Source: Podarcis tiliguerta
Taxonomy: Eukaryota
DNA length: 64,000 bases
Direction: 5' to 3' (one strand)
Assembly (NCBI GenBank): GCA_965153285.1
Contig: OZ229112.1
Within the stretch, counting starts at the first letter, position 1. Each line of letters starts with the position of its first letter. The position numbers were made by a program, and so were the translations under genes. Positions 50,720 through 63,315 of the stretch are shown here, one piece after another. The notes beneath the pieces are model-generated. The model had not been told where the DNA came from, did not search any database, and saw only the letters and a program-made list of their open reading frames with translations.

Positions 50720-51846
50720 TATCTGTAAAAGTTTATGCTTTTAGATCTATGTTCTGTAAAATAAAATAAAATAAACCATTAAAATATGTGATTTAAATAC
50801 TGTTCAAATAAGATTTTCTCCTGAGAACATTTACTAATGTAAAGGGTTTGTTGCTTGCATGTGCTTTGGAGAAGTAAGGGGGGAATAACCGTTTTATTCA
50901 GCCACTAAATATTCGAAGTCAGACAAGCTGCTGAAAGGAAGTCATAAAGAGACCGAAACATTTATAGAAATGAAAAAGAGATTTTCATAACAACCAGATG
51001 AACCATAGAAACTTAAAAATAAAATCAGGGTAGTCACCTAAAGTGAACTAAAATCCAGAATACAGTATTAATATTTAGAGGCAGTTCTGATACGAGTTTG
51101 AAGGAATTGTAAATAAATTTTATTTGATTATCTGTGAACCCTTAAATATGTCACCCTTTTAAGGAGCAGGCAGTTGGACTTCATTACTTCATGCAGGTAC
51201 CAAGGCTGTTATGCTGTCCATCAGGAGGAGGAATTAATCAGTGTTGCATTTCCTTTGATTACCAGCAAAGGATCCTTTGGTGCCCCCCTGGCTTTTGAGG
51301 TCAGGAGTGTGTTTTCAGCTGGCCCAGATGTATTTGAGTAGCTGGCCACCTGCAGACAAAGATATTGGGAGATTTCTGCAGGCATTAACGTCTCTCAAGG
51401 CTTCACTACCACATTTTGAACAATGATAAAGACTGCATTTCATTCCCCAGCATCGTTTTGAAATGCAGATCCCCAGGAGAATGAGTCAGGTAAAGGAGTT
51501 CACATTTCAGAGGGCTAGCTCTCCAATTCCTCCGCAGCTTCTCTAAAGAGTAAAATATGGCAAAAAAGAAAACATTTTCTTTTACTTCAGCAACTTGCTG
51601 CTGCCTATGTTCAGTGGAGGAAGCCACATAAGCCTCACCACTTGCTTCTGGTGCTTTTCCATTCAAGAAAGCAATTCACAACTCTGCTGTTTCTCCCACA
51701 CTAAACAACACTTCTTACTGTTGTTTTAAAGTGTAACAGGAATGATTGTGGAATAAGCCCTGAATGCAGATTCTGTGTTTTGAAAAATGATGCCTAAACT
51801 TATTGTAGTGACTTTTCCTTTTAATGATGATCATATTTATTTACCA

Positions 51847-52201
51847 GCAGGGTGGCGCTGTGGGTTAAACCACAGAGCCTAGGACTTGCCGATCAGAAGG
51901 TCGGCGGTTTGAATCCCCGCAACGGGGTGAGCTCCCGTTGCTTGGTCCCTGCTCCTGCCAACCTAGCAGTTTGAAAGCATGTCAAAGTGCAAGTAGATAA
52001 ATAAATACCGCTCCAGCAGGAAGGTAAATGGCATTTCCTTTCGCTGCTCTGGTTCGCCAGAAGCGGCTTAGTCATGCTGGCCACATGACCCAGAAGCTGT
52101 ACGCCAGCTCCCTTGGCCAATAAAGCGAGATGAGCGCCGCAACCCCAGAGTCGGTCACGACTGGACCTAATGGTCAGGGGTCCCTTTACCTTTACCTTTT
52201 A
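51847..52201 (+). mobile_element. Sauria SINE
   Basis: GGGTGGCGCTGTGGGTTAAACC head; GGGGTCCCTTTACCTTTACCTTT tail. Confidence 0.95.
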
Positions 52202-52217
52202 CTGCCAGCTCCTCCCA

Positions 52218-52471
52218 GAGCCGGTGTGGTGTAGTGGTTAAGAGCGGTAGTCACGTAATCTGGGTAACCGGGTTCGCGTCTCCGCTCCTCCACATGCAGC
52301 TGCTGGGTGACCTTGGGCCAGTTACACTTCTCTGAAGTCTCAGCCCCACTCACCTCACAGAGTGTTTGTTGTGGGGGAGGAAGGGAAAGGAGAATGTTAG
52401 CCGCTTTGAGACTCCTTAAAGGGAGTGAAAGGCGGGATATCAAATCCAAACTCTTCTTCTTCTTCTTCTTC
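52218..52471 (+). mobile_element. Young tRNA-derived SINE with (CTT)n tail (Squam3-like)
   Basis: A box TGGTGTAGTGG, B-box-like GGTTCGCGTCT, L2-type end AGCCGCTTTGAG...AAAGGCGGGATA, many CpGs retained. Confidence 0.88.
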
Positions 52472-53773
52472 CCAGCTGCCAACCTCCCTTTCCCCCTCTC
52501 TTTACAGCTTGTCTCAAACCTCCTTAAAGCTCACCCCAGCCACCAACCGCCCTTTCAAAACGGTTAAACAAATGTCACTGATGTATATAAAAATGTAGCA
52601 TCAGGAAAAGGGCTGGGGTCCCTGCACTCTTTTGTCACTGCTGCCACCACCACTGGAGGTGCCACCTCAGCCAAGAAAAAGAAGCCTTTAAAATACAGGT
52701 TCTCTTTTCAGGGGTGGGCATGGTGGGGTGTGAATGAAGGAGAATGCAGAGCCAACCCAGGATGTTTTCCTGCTTAAGGCAAAACAGAAAATGCCTCCTG
52801 CCCATGGCGACTGCCACTGAATCCTCCGCCACAGACTCTTCTTTCCCCGGCTGCCGCCTCCTCCATCGGGCCCTGAAGGCCACAGGAATCGGTGGCAGTG
52901 GAAAAGGAGTCGAAGGAGTTAGCAGAGGAGAGTAGTGGTAGTGCTGGCAGGGGGTGGCAAGAACAGGAGGTAGCAAACAGTGCTTTATCCAGAGCCTGCC
53001 ACCTGAGTCTGCTGCCTCACCAAGCCTCGTGGAAGGCTTTGTCCCACCAGTCCTGGGAGAAAGACTTGCCTTACCTATCAAAGCCCATTTTTCATCGTTT
53101 TATAATTATAAGAAACTTTGTTACAAGGCAGAAACGTGGTTGCCTAGCCAGGGTTGCATGATGTGATTTGAGCCCTGATTGGGTGGAAACCACTCCAGGG
53201 CCATGTTTTCGTTATCTCAAAGCATGTGCACTTGACTATACTAGAGACTGATGGCTAGTCATCTATGACATGGATTTATGGTAGCATTGAATTTGGTATT
53301 ACCAAAACATGTCCCTTGTCTGATCATATCATGCATCTATTGCCCAGTCCAGAAGGTATGTTTCATTCTTCCCATGGCTAGGTTGATGAAGGACTTCACA
53401 TGTAAACTGGTACTGCTTATATCATGTTGTTCCTAGTCTAGAAACCAGAAATTAACTCCCATCACCTATTTGAAAGGAGAAAGGGGTGTTTGTGTGATGT
53501 AGTCCTCTCCCACCTTACACTAGGATTTGGGCATATGCTTATAGACCTAGGACTATCAACACAGTTGTATTACCATAAGTACTTGCATACTTCAGAACAG
53601 CTGTGCATCTTCTGCAGGGCAAATTAATTTTCTTCTAATCTTTTCGCCTTTATTAATTTTGGATTTTGCTTTTAAAAAAATCTGTAGGTGGATTTTTAAT
53701 CTGCAGTTGACACTGTCATTGACTGACTAATGCTTTTATCCTTAACACCATAACACTAATGAGATTAAATATA

Positions 53774-53993
53774 CAGTGGTACCTCGGGTTACAGAAGCTT
53801 CAGGTTACAGACTCTGCTAACCCAGAAATAGTACCTTGGGTTAAGAACTTTGCTTCAGGATGAGAACAGAAATTGCGCGGCGTGGCAGCAGCAGGAGGCC
53901 CCATTAGCTAAAGTGGTACCTCAGGTTAAGAACAGTTTCAGGTTAAGAACGGACCTCCAGAACGAATTAAGTTCTTAACTCGAGGTACCACTG
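53774..53993. mobile_element. Tigger/pogo-like MITE
   Basis: TIR CAGTGGTACCTCG, TA TSD. Confidence 0.93.
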
Positions 53994-54659
53994 TATATCT
54001 TTAAACAATACGGCTTGTGTCTGGGAATGTTTTTAATTAACATTAACTATTTGGTAATGCCTTCAAAACCAATTAGCCAAGCCTCATCAGAATTCAGTTC
54101 AGCTACCCTAAATCCAAGTTGCTGGCTTTGTAGTTTCAAATGCAAAAGTCACTCTACTTCTTAAAAATAGTTTTTGGAACATGTTTGTTTCATTCTGAAA
54201 AAGCACAATCAACCACTGGGAGCTCAGTCCCAATCTCAAAAGAGAGACTATGTAACAGTAATTGTTTATGTGAAAGATTTCTGGCTGAGAGCTTCATGTT
54301 TGTGTCTGTTTGTTGTGTTTGTCGTGTTTATTCTTAGCTTTTGCACCTAGCATATGAGATAGAATCTTTAGAAGACATTAGAACAGACTTTTCAAATCCC
54401 ACGTGACAGAAAACAAGATGGCACAAACAAAAATCTAATTTTAAACTTGGAAAACACATCATGCATGCATGGCAGGTCATCTGTTTGAGCCTATGAACTC
54501 ATAAGCAAATAACCATGCTGACATTATTGCAGCCTGTTAACCATTGCGAGTAACTGTGTGAACAGTTCACTTGTGTGTCTGAATATTTGCAATGCCAGCT
54601 ACTGTTAATATGTATTTTAAATATTTTATAATCATAACTGTAAAGTATAAAACCAGTAG

Positions 54660-54895
54660 CAGATACTTACAAATGATCCATTTAAAAGTAGTCAGGGAGG
54701 AAGCCAGTTGTTGCTTCAACAGAACGGCATTCCATAAGGATGGGGGCACCAACCTGATAGATGTTATTGGTGGACATATGAGCAGGGCCTCCATGGTCAA
54801 TCTCAGGGCCTAAGCAGGTTCTTACAGGTAGCTTGGTCTGAAGCCATTTTAAACTGTAAAGGAAGTCAACCCTTTAAATAAGGCCCAGAAATTCG
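54660..54895 (-). mobile_element. L2 3' fragment, decayed
   Basis: Minus frame ...PPSLWNAVLL...LASSLTTFK resembles the L2 C-terminal P.LWN.LP...SL..FK motif. Confidence 0.55.
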
Positions 54896-55367
54896 CTTGT
54901 AGGAAAATCACAAGATGGTATTTTTCTCACCATGGATGTAGCTGCTGTGATTTTCTAGGATGCTTCAGTTTAGATGTTCAGTGAATCACAAAAAGGGAAA
55001 TTGAAAGTCTGTAAAAATGGAGCAGCTGCACTCCAGCTTTTCACTTTACAGATTGCACCATAATCCCTTTTGTTTTGGATAGCAAACCAGCATAGGATAT
55101 TATGCCAATGTACAGGTGAAACTCAGAAAATTAGAATATTGTGGAAAAGTTCATTTATTTCAGTAATGCAACATAAAAGGTGAAACTAATGCAAAGCGAG
55201 ATATGTCAAGCCTTTATTTGTTATAATTGTGATGTTTATGGCATACAGCTGATGAAAACCCCAAATTAACAATCTCAGAAAATTAGAATATTAAATGAAA
55301 TCAGCAAAACAAGGACTCCAAATAGAGCAATATTGGACCTCTGAGAAGTAGAAGCATGCACATGTAC

Positions 55368-55813
55368 TCAGTACTTGGTTTGGGCCCCTTTTGCATCAAT
55401 TACTGCCTCAATGCGGCGTGGCATGGATGCTATCAGCTTGTGGCACTGCTGAGGTGTTATGGAAGACCAGGATGCTTCAATAGCAGTCTTCAGCTCTTCT
55501 ACATTGCTCAGTCTCATGTCTCTCATCTTTCTCTTGGCAATGTCCCATAGATTCTCTATGGGGTTCAGGTCAGGCAAGTTTGCTGGCCAATCAAGCACAG
55601 TAATCCCATGGGCATTGAACCAGGTTTTCATACTTTTGGCAGTGTAGGCAGGTGACAAAGTCCTATTGGAAAATGAAATCAGCATCCCCATAAAGCTCGT
55701 CTGCGGAAGGAAGCATGAAGTGCTCCAAAATCTCCTGGTAGACGGCTACGTTGACCCTGGACTTAATGAAGCACAGTGGACCAACACCAGCTGATGACAT
55801 GGCTCCCCAAATC
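55368..55813 (-). pseudogene. Tc1 transposase C-terminal half, disrupted
   Basis: IWGAMSSAGVGPLCFI...DFIFQ*D, frameshift, then WPANLPDLNPIENLW...RRIEAVIDAKGAQTKY. Confidence 0.92.
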
Positions 55814-55949
55814 TCTTTTCTGATGAGAGCAGCTTTTGCATCTCACTTGGAAATGAAGGACCCAGAGTCTGGAGGAAGAATGGGGAGGCACACAATGCCA
55901 GATGCTTGAAGTCCAATGTGAAGTTTCCACAGTCTGTGTTGATTTGGGG
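55814..55949 (+). pseudogene. Inverted Tc1 transposase fragment containing the first catalytic D
   Basis: Plus frame LFSDESSFCISLGNEGPRVWRKNGEAHNARCLKSNVKFPQSVLIWG. Confidence 0.9.
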
Positions 55950-56968
55950 TTTTCATCAGCTGTACACCATAAACATCACAATTGTAACAAATAAAAGCTT
56001 GACATATCTCGCTTTGCATGTCATGAGTCTATCTCATATATTAGTTTCGCCTTTTAAGTTGAATTACTGAAATAAATGAACTTTTCCACAATATTCTAAT
56101 TTTTCGAGTACATGGAGCAATGTCGAAATCCTCTGCTGAAACCAACAGCCATCATACCCAGAGGTAGAACAGTACAAAGCTATTCCACAGTCCAGAGCTC
56201 AACTGGAAGGTGACTGACAGGTGAGACTGAAGAAGAGGCGCTGCAAGCCCTTTAATGTCAGCACAGTTTGCACCTCTATTGTTTGGCATTAGCTGCTATT
56301 TCATTATTATGTTATAAGGTGTTATACTTGCCAAGCAGAAGGTGCACAGGCACTGATAGCATTAATTGTGTGTCACTGGCATATCTAGAATTGTGTTACA
56401 GAAAGTTTCAGAGCCATAAAGGGTAGTTCTACAAAATTTATTTGAAATATGCCTGGCCAAAACTAGTACTAACAGTTGTATCAATGTATCCTGTTCGAAC
56501 TAAATACATGTGTTTGGAGACACTTAAAGGAGATTCACAGCTCCTTCTCCTATCCCTTTTCTTCTTCTCTGCCATTCCCCAGACACTCTTTGAACTGGGT
56601 ACTGATCAGATCTCTGACAGATGGTATATATATTCCCATTTTCCTCAAACATCTGGCAAGGCTGATCTTAACTTGTAACTTATTCAGCAAGTGGTGCTTT
56701 GAGGCCTAGCCATGAAATCGTCCTTCCAGTGATTTGCACTTAAAGGGGAGACATCAGAGATTGTCCTACTTAACGCTAACATTCCATGACTATTAATCTG
56801 GTATTAGTGTCTTCCCATTTAAGTGCCTATGCGGTCTGTCCTATTTGAGAATGATTCTGAAGTGCCATTTTCAGTGGTGCTAACACACCCACTTTGATTT
56901 GTAAGCCTCAATTTTGCAGTTTGGTTTAGTGCAAGGAAACAGTAGCAGGGGTCTGTTGAATCCAAGTA

Positions 56969-57194
56969 CAGTGGTACCTCGGGTTACAGACGCTTCAGGT
57001 TACAGACTCGGCTAACCCAGAAGTAGTACCTTGGGTTAAGAACTTTACTTCAGGATGAGAACAGAAATCGTGCAGCGGTGGTGCGGCGGCAGCCGGAGGC
57101 CCCATTAGCGAAAGTGGTACCTCAGGTTAAGAACAGTTTCAGGTTTAGAATGGACCTCCAGAACGAATTAAGTTCTTAACCCGTGGTACCACTG
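56969..57194. mobile_element. Tigger/pogo-like MITE
   Basis: TIR CAGTGGTACC.CGGGTTA, TA TSD. Confidence 0.93.
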
Positions 57195-57486
57195 TATCGG
57201 GTCTTTGCACACTTTGTGGAAGAGTCCCATCTGAAATTTCACGAAAGCATTATTAGTCCAGTGCCAGTGGTAGCATCCACACAGATGTCCTCCTCCTAGG
57301 CAGTAGGGCAGGATGCGTAGTCTCAGTGTAAGCAATGGCTGGTCCTGGTAGTCACAAGGCTTAAGCAGGGCAAAGTCTAGAAAAGTTATTGGGCAACTTG
57401 GCTCTCACCTTGCTTCATATGCCCACTGCAAGAGAGGATTTCATCCATGGGCACTCAGGGAAACTGGGATATGGCTGCAGTGAAAC

Positions 57487-57619
57487 CAGTGCTTTCCCCC
57501 CAGAACTTGCCAGAACTCGGTTCTGGCACCTCTCAGGTGGGCGCCATTGTTATTATAAAAGAACAAGGAAGGTATTAATGGTGAGTCCCAGCATCTCTTT
57601 TTCTAGAAAAATAGCACTG
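57487..57619. mobile_element. hAT-type MITE
   Basis: CAGTGCT...AGCACTG ends; TSD AGTGAAAC/GGTGAAAC; fragment of the same family near 31870..31910. Confidence 0.8.
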
Positions 57620-59287
57620 GGTGAAACTCATCTTCTTATTTGGAAATACATGTAGTTTGCATGCTAGCTGCTGTTTCTAACTTTAAAGCAGGAAGCACGG
57701 GGAGAGGGTAGGATACTGACAGGCTCACAAGCATAGGCTCCCTTGCTTTTTCTGAGCTAGCTTCTGTTAAACATTGTGCTGTTTTGATTTATTCCACTTT
57801 TATAGTGGACAATGATTACTTTCAATAATTTCTTAACAGATGATGAATTTTCAGAACCTGATAGAATTTTATACAAGCACATAGTAGCTTGGGGGTACAT
57901 TTTTAAGCAGACTGGATTTTCTTGTTTGTTTGTTTGTTTGATGTATGACAAATAATTACACTCTATATTTCCCAGAGCAATGTTTAACTGCTGTTGTATG
58001 TGCTTCTTTAGTGAAACAGAAAAAATGTGCAAGAAATGGCATCCCATCTTGTTGCATTATTGAGAACACTCTGGAAGGGTGATTGATCACTTCTCAGTAC
58101 TGTAGGAGACACAGCGGCCTAGTGAAATTTGTCAAAGAGAGTTAGGGCTGCAGGCAGAGCAGGTGCTTTGTCTTCCCTGTTGCCTGAATCTCTGGCTTGT
58201 ATTGTTATTACTGCCTAGAAAGAACAGCTAAAAAGATATTCCAGTTCAGAGCGGCATCCTGTTATTGGGCCTGGTTGAACCACTGCTACATGCGCTAGAA
58301 ACATCTAACACTGTGTGATCCTGTCAGAGGCAAGCCTCCCACTCAACCCCTTATTTCCAAAGAATCCATACTCTCTGGTTGGTTCAGTGAACAGGGCTAT
58401 TACTGAAGCCCGGTGGAGCAGAAGCAGTTATTCTTCACCTTAAGTTTTGTGGCTCCCTTCAAGTCCACAGTCCCAGCTTCTTAAAGTGCAGATGGAAACT
58501 TGTCATTATCCTCTTATGGGAAGCAGTGTTGACGAACTCTCTAGCATTCCTTCCAGGGATCCCATCCAGCTTCAGTACCCGATCCTTGCAGGGTTTTCCA
58601 CCTTGTGTTTTTTGTTGGTAAGGGCTAGTCCGGATACATTAGACTCCCCTAGCAGTAACAGCACCATTCCTTCATGTCTGTTTCAGGAGCAAAGGCACTT
58701 CATTTGAGTGCACAAGTGGTCGCTGGTACTCTGTGACTCAGACAACACTATGAATCTGGAGAAGTTGAGCACCCTTCCTAGGTGTCATCTTCCCTTCTTT
58801 TCACATGATCAGCCTAGCTAATCATGCATTTGGGTGAGGTTCTCTTTCACTTTTGTCCCTCCTCTATAGATCTTCCTTGATCACCCCAGGCCAATCAGCT
58901 TTTGCTCTCTCCCCCCCCCCCCCCCAACCTGTGCTGTTTCAGACAAGTCAGTGGCTGGTTTGCCAGCCTCCCATAGGCTTCTTGGGGCTGCTGCCAGCAG
59001 GCCCTGCCCAATTGTATGGCCTTCAGCTCGGGAGGGGAATGGCTGGCTTACAGCTATTCCTGTAGTTTCCCCACACATGGATAGCGCTGAAAATTTTGCA
59101 TTTCTCTGGTTCAGACTTGCTGGGCTAATAGCTAATGAACCATAAAAGTTCTTATAGGAAGTGCAACAGTCTCCCTTTGATGAAAAAGTGTGCACCCATG
59201 TGAAGGCAATCACTATACTAATCATTCTTAACAGCATTCACTACCAAAGAGCAGGGGTGTGAAACTGCAACTTTAGGCCGTGTCTTT

Positions 59288-59430
59288 TCATAGAATCATA
59301 GAATGGTAGAGATGGAAGGGACCACGAGGGTCATCTAGTCCAACCCCCTGCAATGCAGGAATCTTTCACCCAACATGAGGCTCAAACCCACAACCCTGAG
59401 ATTAAGAGTCTCATGCTCTACAAACTGAGT
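59288..59430 (-). mobile_element. tRNA-Lys(CTT)-derived SINE with CR1 3' tail
   Basis: Minus strand CTCAGTTTGTAGAGCATGAGACTCTTAATCTCAGGGTTGTGGGTTTGAGCC..ATGTTGGG (tRNA-Lys-like) fused to a CR1 end with (ATTCTATG)2. Confidence 0.88.
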
Positions 59431-59819
59431 TTTAAATTGTTCCCTGAAAGGACTGCATGCCAGTCTCTGCTGTGCCTTCCATAACCTGCCCAGTATAATT
59501 AATCCCAAAAGAGCATGATTAAATCCTGAGATGCAGTTTCAGAGGGGCAGAAAAAAGGAAGTAAACTGCTAAGGCACAATCAGCATACCAGTATAAACAT
59601 TTTTAGGACAGGCAGAAAAAGAACCACTCCCATTTCTCTTTCCAAGCCACTTGGATTCTATAAATCCCCTTTCTTCTCCCCATCAACCCATCCATAGCTG
59701 CTTGTGCTGTACTGGAATCAGGTCGGCCAGTTCCACATGTCCTTTCTGTGCTGTGCCCCTGTGTGCAGTTATAATCAGAACATATCTGTTAAGTATACTG
59801 TGTAAGCTTACCCAAGAGG

Positions 59820-60154
59820 GTAAAGGTAAAGGTAAATGAACCCCTGACCATTAGGTCCAGTTGTGGCCGACTCTGGGGTTGCAGCGCTCATCTCGCTTTA
59901 TTGGCCTAGGGAACCGGCGTACAGCTTCTGGGTCATGTGGCCAGCATGACTAAGCCGCTTCTGGCGAACCAGAGCAGCGCACGGAAATGCCGTTTACCTT
60001 CCTGCAGGAGCGGTACCTATTTATCTACTTGCACCTTGATGTGCTTTCAACCGAGCAACGGGAGCTCACCCCGTCACAGGGATTTGAACCGGCAACCTTC
60101 TGATCGGCAGATCCTAGGCTCTGTGGTTTAACCCACAGCGCCACCCGCGTCCCC
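59820..60154 (-). mobile_element. Sauria SINE, both ends present, small internal deletion
   Basis: 11-bp TSD TACCCAAGAGG at 59809..59819 / 60155..60165. Confidence 0.95.
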
Positions 60155-60568
60155 TACCCAAGAGGTTAGGACATCCCAAATACTGGAAGTTGAGATAAAC
60201 AATGATAGTTTGGCAAAAGAAAAAGAAACCATCCAGCACCATCCACTCTGCTTAAACAAGATTACATCTGTTTTAAGATTACCTTCTTTATGTAAAACAT
60301 CATCATATTGTAGTAGGAAGCAAGTTCATCAGCGCCAGTCAGAATCTAGGCCACATGAACTAATTCTCTGAGACCTGGTGGGTGCAGTGGAGAATTTTCT
60401 AGTGCAGAAATACAGCTAATGTTTTTCATGACCTTTTTCATTCAAGTGAAACACTTCATTTGGGGGAAAGTAATATGTTTAAAACCTCAGAAGACAAATT
60501 GGTTGTTAGTATAACCAAATAACTTCAGATGAATTGTCCAGGAAAAAGAGGAAATTAACAAGTTAGAA

Positions 60569-60757
60569 CAGAGCTTTCCAAACTGTGTGTCACAATATCT
60601 TAGTGTATCAGCTGCAGTGTGTAGGTGTGTCCTGTGAATGTTTCCTGTGCTGGGGAAACTGGGTAAACAGTTAACCTGCTAGTGTAACTGAATTACTGTA
60701 TCGCTAAAAGCATGTCTAAAAACTGTGTCACCAACATGAAAAGTTTGGAAAGCTCTG
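60569..60757. mobile_element. hAT (Charlie-like) MITE
   Basis: Perfect 16-bp TIR CAGAGCTTTCCAAACT; TSD AGTTAGAA/TGTTGGAA. Confidence 0.88.
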
Positions 60758-62219
60758 TGTTGGAATACGATAGGGGTGCAGTGAAGCCATTTTGGAAATT
60801 GAACTTTATTGCATTATTTGTGTATAGTATTCACATGGTTTTAATCTCCCCATGCACAGTATTCTAGCTAGGCATCTGTCTAATGAACAAATTCTTAAGA
60901 ACTAAGGAGGAACAAGTTTATGATACACTAGGTATTGAAAATCTTACTACATATTGCTGAGAAGACAGCAATGTGATTTTTTTATATAGAAAGGGGGGGG
61001 GGAGAATCCTATTCTTTGGTAATACTAGGATTCCACAAGAATGGAGTGCTAAAGAGTGTGTTCATTATATAAATCTCAGAACAGCTCAGCTCCAAGACTT
61101 ATCGTACCTGCAAGTAAGGCACAGCTGTGACAGCAGCACAATATTACAAAACATTCCAAAATCTGTCACTCTTGACAGCTCTGCAAGGACAGACAAATCA
61201 GCTCAAATCTTTTACACTGGAGTGCTAGTCCTATATGCAATGCCACACATCAATATGATGCCAAGCAGCCATTCTAAGTGCAGCAAAAGGGCAAAATACG
61301 TATGACATATTTCTTATTTTTTTAAAAAAGGCTTGGATTCTGAAGTTTTGAAATTTAAAGCTTTCCATCGCATGCTGAAGCTTTAAAGTGGCATGGCTAA
61401 ATACTCTTTCCAAAATCAGAAATGTTATTAAGCTGCCAGCACCCATTGCAAATGCATCTGTTATCCCTACAGATATTTGTTCTGCAATCTTTCAAAGCCT
61501 AGGAACATTTCAGACCTTTCAACATTCTAATGTGTGTCTGAAATTGGATAAAACCATCAAGCGCACACCTGTCCCTTGTTATCCTGGCCTTTCCCTCGTC
61601 TTCTCCTCTATGGTCAACATTTAGGCTGCAAGCGCTTCAAAGACATTGGTTTCTTACTCAGATTTACTTACCTGGCCTCTTGTGTTGGGTAACAATCTGA
61701 AGTGCTTATGTTGGGCTCTCATGACAGATCAGCAATTCACTTGGTATACTGCCCCCCGCAACTCTCAGGAAGTTTTCCCCTGCTTTGCCTGGGGAGACTG
61801 AGAAATTCATGGTGCTCTCCCAACATACCATGGCCCCAAACATGTATCAGGACACACATGGATTTGGTTTTCTCAGCTATCCAGGAGGATGGTGATCTAA
61901 AAGTGCAGGAGTCATTTCCTACTGAAGTTTAGTCTTTCAGTGGCTTTACATTTACAGGGTTGGGGAACCTATTAGAATGGCCCATCCCTGGAGGCTAATG
62001 GGTTTTGATTCCTAAGAGCTCTTGGGGATTTTCCAGCTGGTGTGGCTGAAACTCCTGTCCTGGGTGCAGTAATGGACTAAGATGAGGGTTTAAAAAACCA
62101 AGACTCAAGCAAGATGAAATGGAGGTACTACTGGCAAGTGCTATAAACCTGTTCTAAAAGGAATGCAGCCCTCTTAAAGCATTGGGTATTCAGTCTGGAC
62201 AAGCTTGCTTTATCAAGCA

Positions 62220-62610
62220 TCTTCACTAGAGTCTCAGGTGGCCTATGTGGGTTGAGGTGTTCTATTTGTTAGGCTGTCTTTGAAAATGATCTGGAAACTG
62301 TAGCTGGTCCAAAATAGGAGTGCATTTTTATTAAGTGGCAGAGGACATTTCACTCACATTATGCCAGTGGTTTGTCAGCTGCAATGGCTCTCTGTGCACC
62401 TCTTCCCAGTTCAAGAGCTGGTCACCTTAACTATCACTTTCTCCCATATGTATCTTCCTGAACCTTACAATCCTCTTCAAAGGCCCTCCAAGTGGCACCA
62501 ACTCCCAGTGAAGTGGGGTAGATGGCTGCTAGGGAGAGAGCATTACTGGAGTTCAACTGGTACTTTCTCCGTGGTATTTTTTAAAAAAATGATGCAGGCC
62601 TTTAAAAACT
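62220..62610 (+). mobile_element. L2 LINE fragment, decayed
   Basis: Translates LSLKMIWKL*LVQN...HIMPVVCQLQWL (L2 KLQLVQN...HITPVL..LHWL). Confidence 0.75.
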
Positions 62611-63290
62611 AGGCTTGTGGTGTGTGACTTGTTTCTTTCTTTTTATCAGTAAGACTGTAGCTGCTCTTCCTACTACACAGCCGTGATTTCACTCCAGTAT
62701 GAAGGTTATGTTTGCGGCTTGTCGGTTTAGAAAAAAAAGGAGATTAAAGGGAAAGATGACATGCAGAAGTGGGGAGAGGTTTTTATTCTAATACAAGAAC
62801 CCCAGGGTCACCCAGTGATGTTGAATGTTGGAAGATTGATGTCATACCAGGTCCCAGCCAGATTCTAGATAGCTCATTCTCCAGCAAAGATACAGACTAC
62901 CCTGGTCAGGAGACCATGGGGAAGAAACAGAAACCCTGAGCTCCAGCACTGATCCAGAAGATCACAGCATATAGGGAGAGATGAGATTAGGTGGGCCTCT
63001 GGAATTTTCTTACCTTCTTATTTTAACTTGATCTAGCAGTGCTTTTGAGATTTACAGAGAATATCGGACGTTATTCTTTTTACATCCTGCCTTTCCTAAG
63101 AACAGTGGAATTGTTGGTAGATGTGTTTTGCTTTTGCATAATCCCATCTCTTGCACCATAATTCTTCTCTAGCTGTTGTTGGTTTGTTTCTGTGCTGAGT
63201 GTTTGATAGTTATTTGTATGTTACTTCCCCACCACCACACATAGTCTGGTCCTGATTTAACTTGTGTCCAATACAGTATTTGTAGGTTGT

Positions 63291-63315
63291 GTATCGTATC
63301 GTATCGTATCGTATC
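63291..63315. repeat. (GTATC)5 microsatellite
   Basis: Direct reading. Confidence 0.9.

Larger units (their letters stand above)
55113..56109 (-). mobile_element. Tc1-like DNA transposon, internally deleted and rearranged
   Basis: TA-CAGGTGAAACTC start; long inverted repeats (55121..55266 / about 55942..56109); DDE transposase remnant; last ~8 bp of the right TIR missing. Confidence 0.95.

Noticed and set aside
1-57194. Seven Tigger-like MITEs: first three in one orientation, last four in the other
   Set aside because: At most one switch among seven copies has chance probability 14/128, and Sauria SINE orientations do not follow it consistently, so this is not evidence of an inversion.
58322-59075. 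Possible LTR-like stretch (also about 62840..63150 and 104..300)
   Set aside because: TGTCA starts are present for the first two, but no second copy, defined end or TSD could be established.
59366-59430. tRNA-Lys gene
   Set aside because: 5' acceptor strand missing, T-loop mutated and fused to a CR1 tail, so it is a SINE head.
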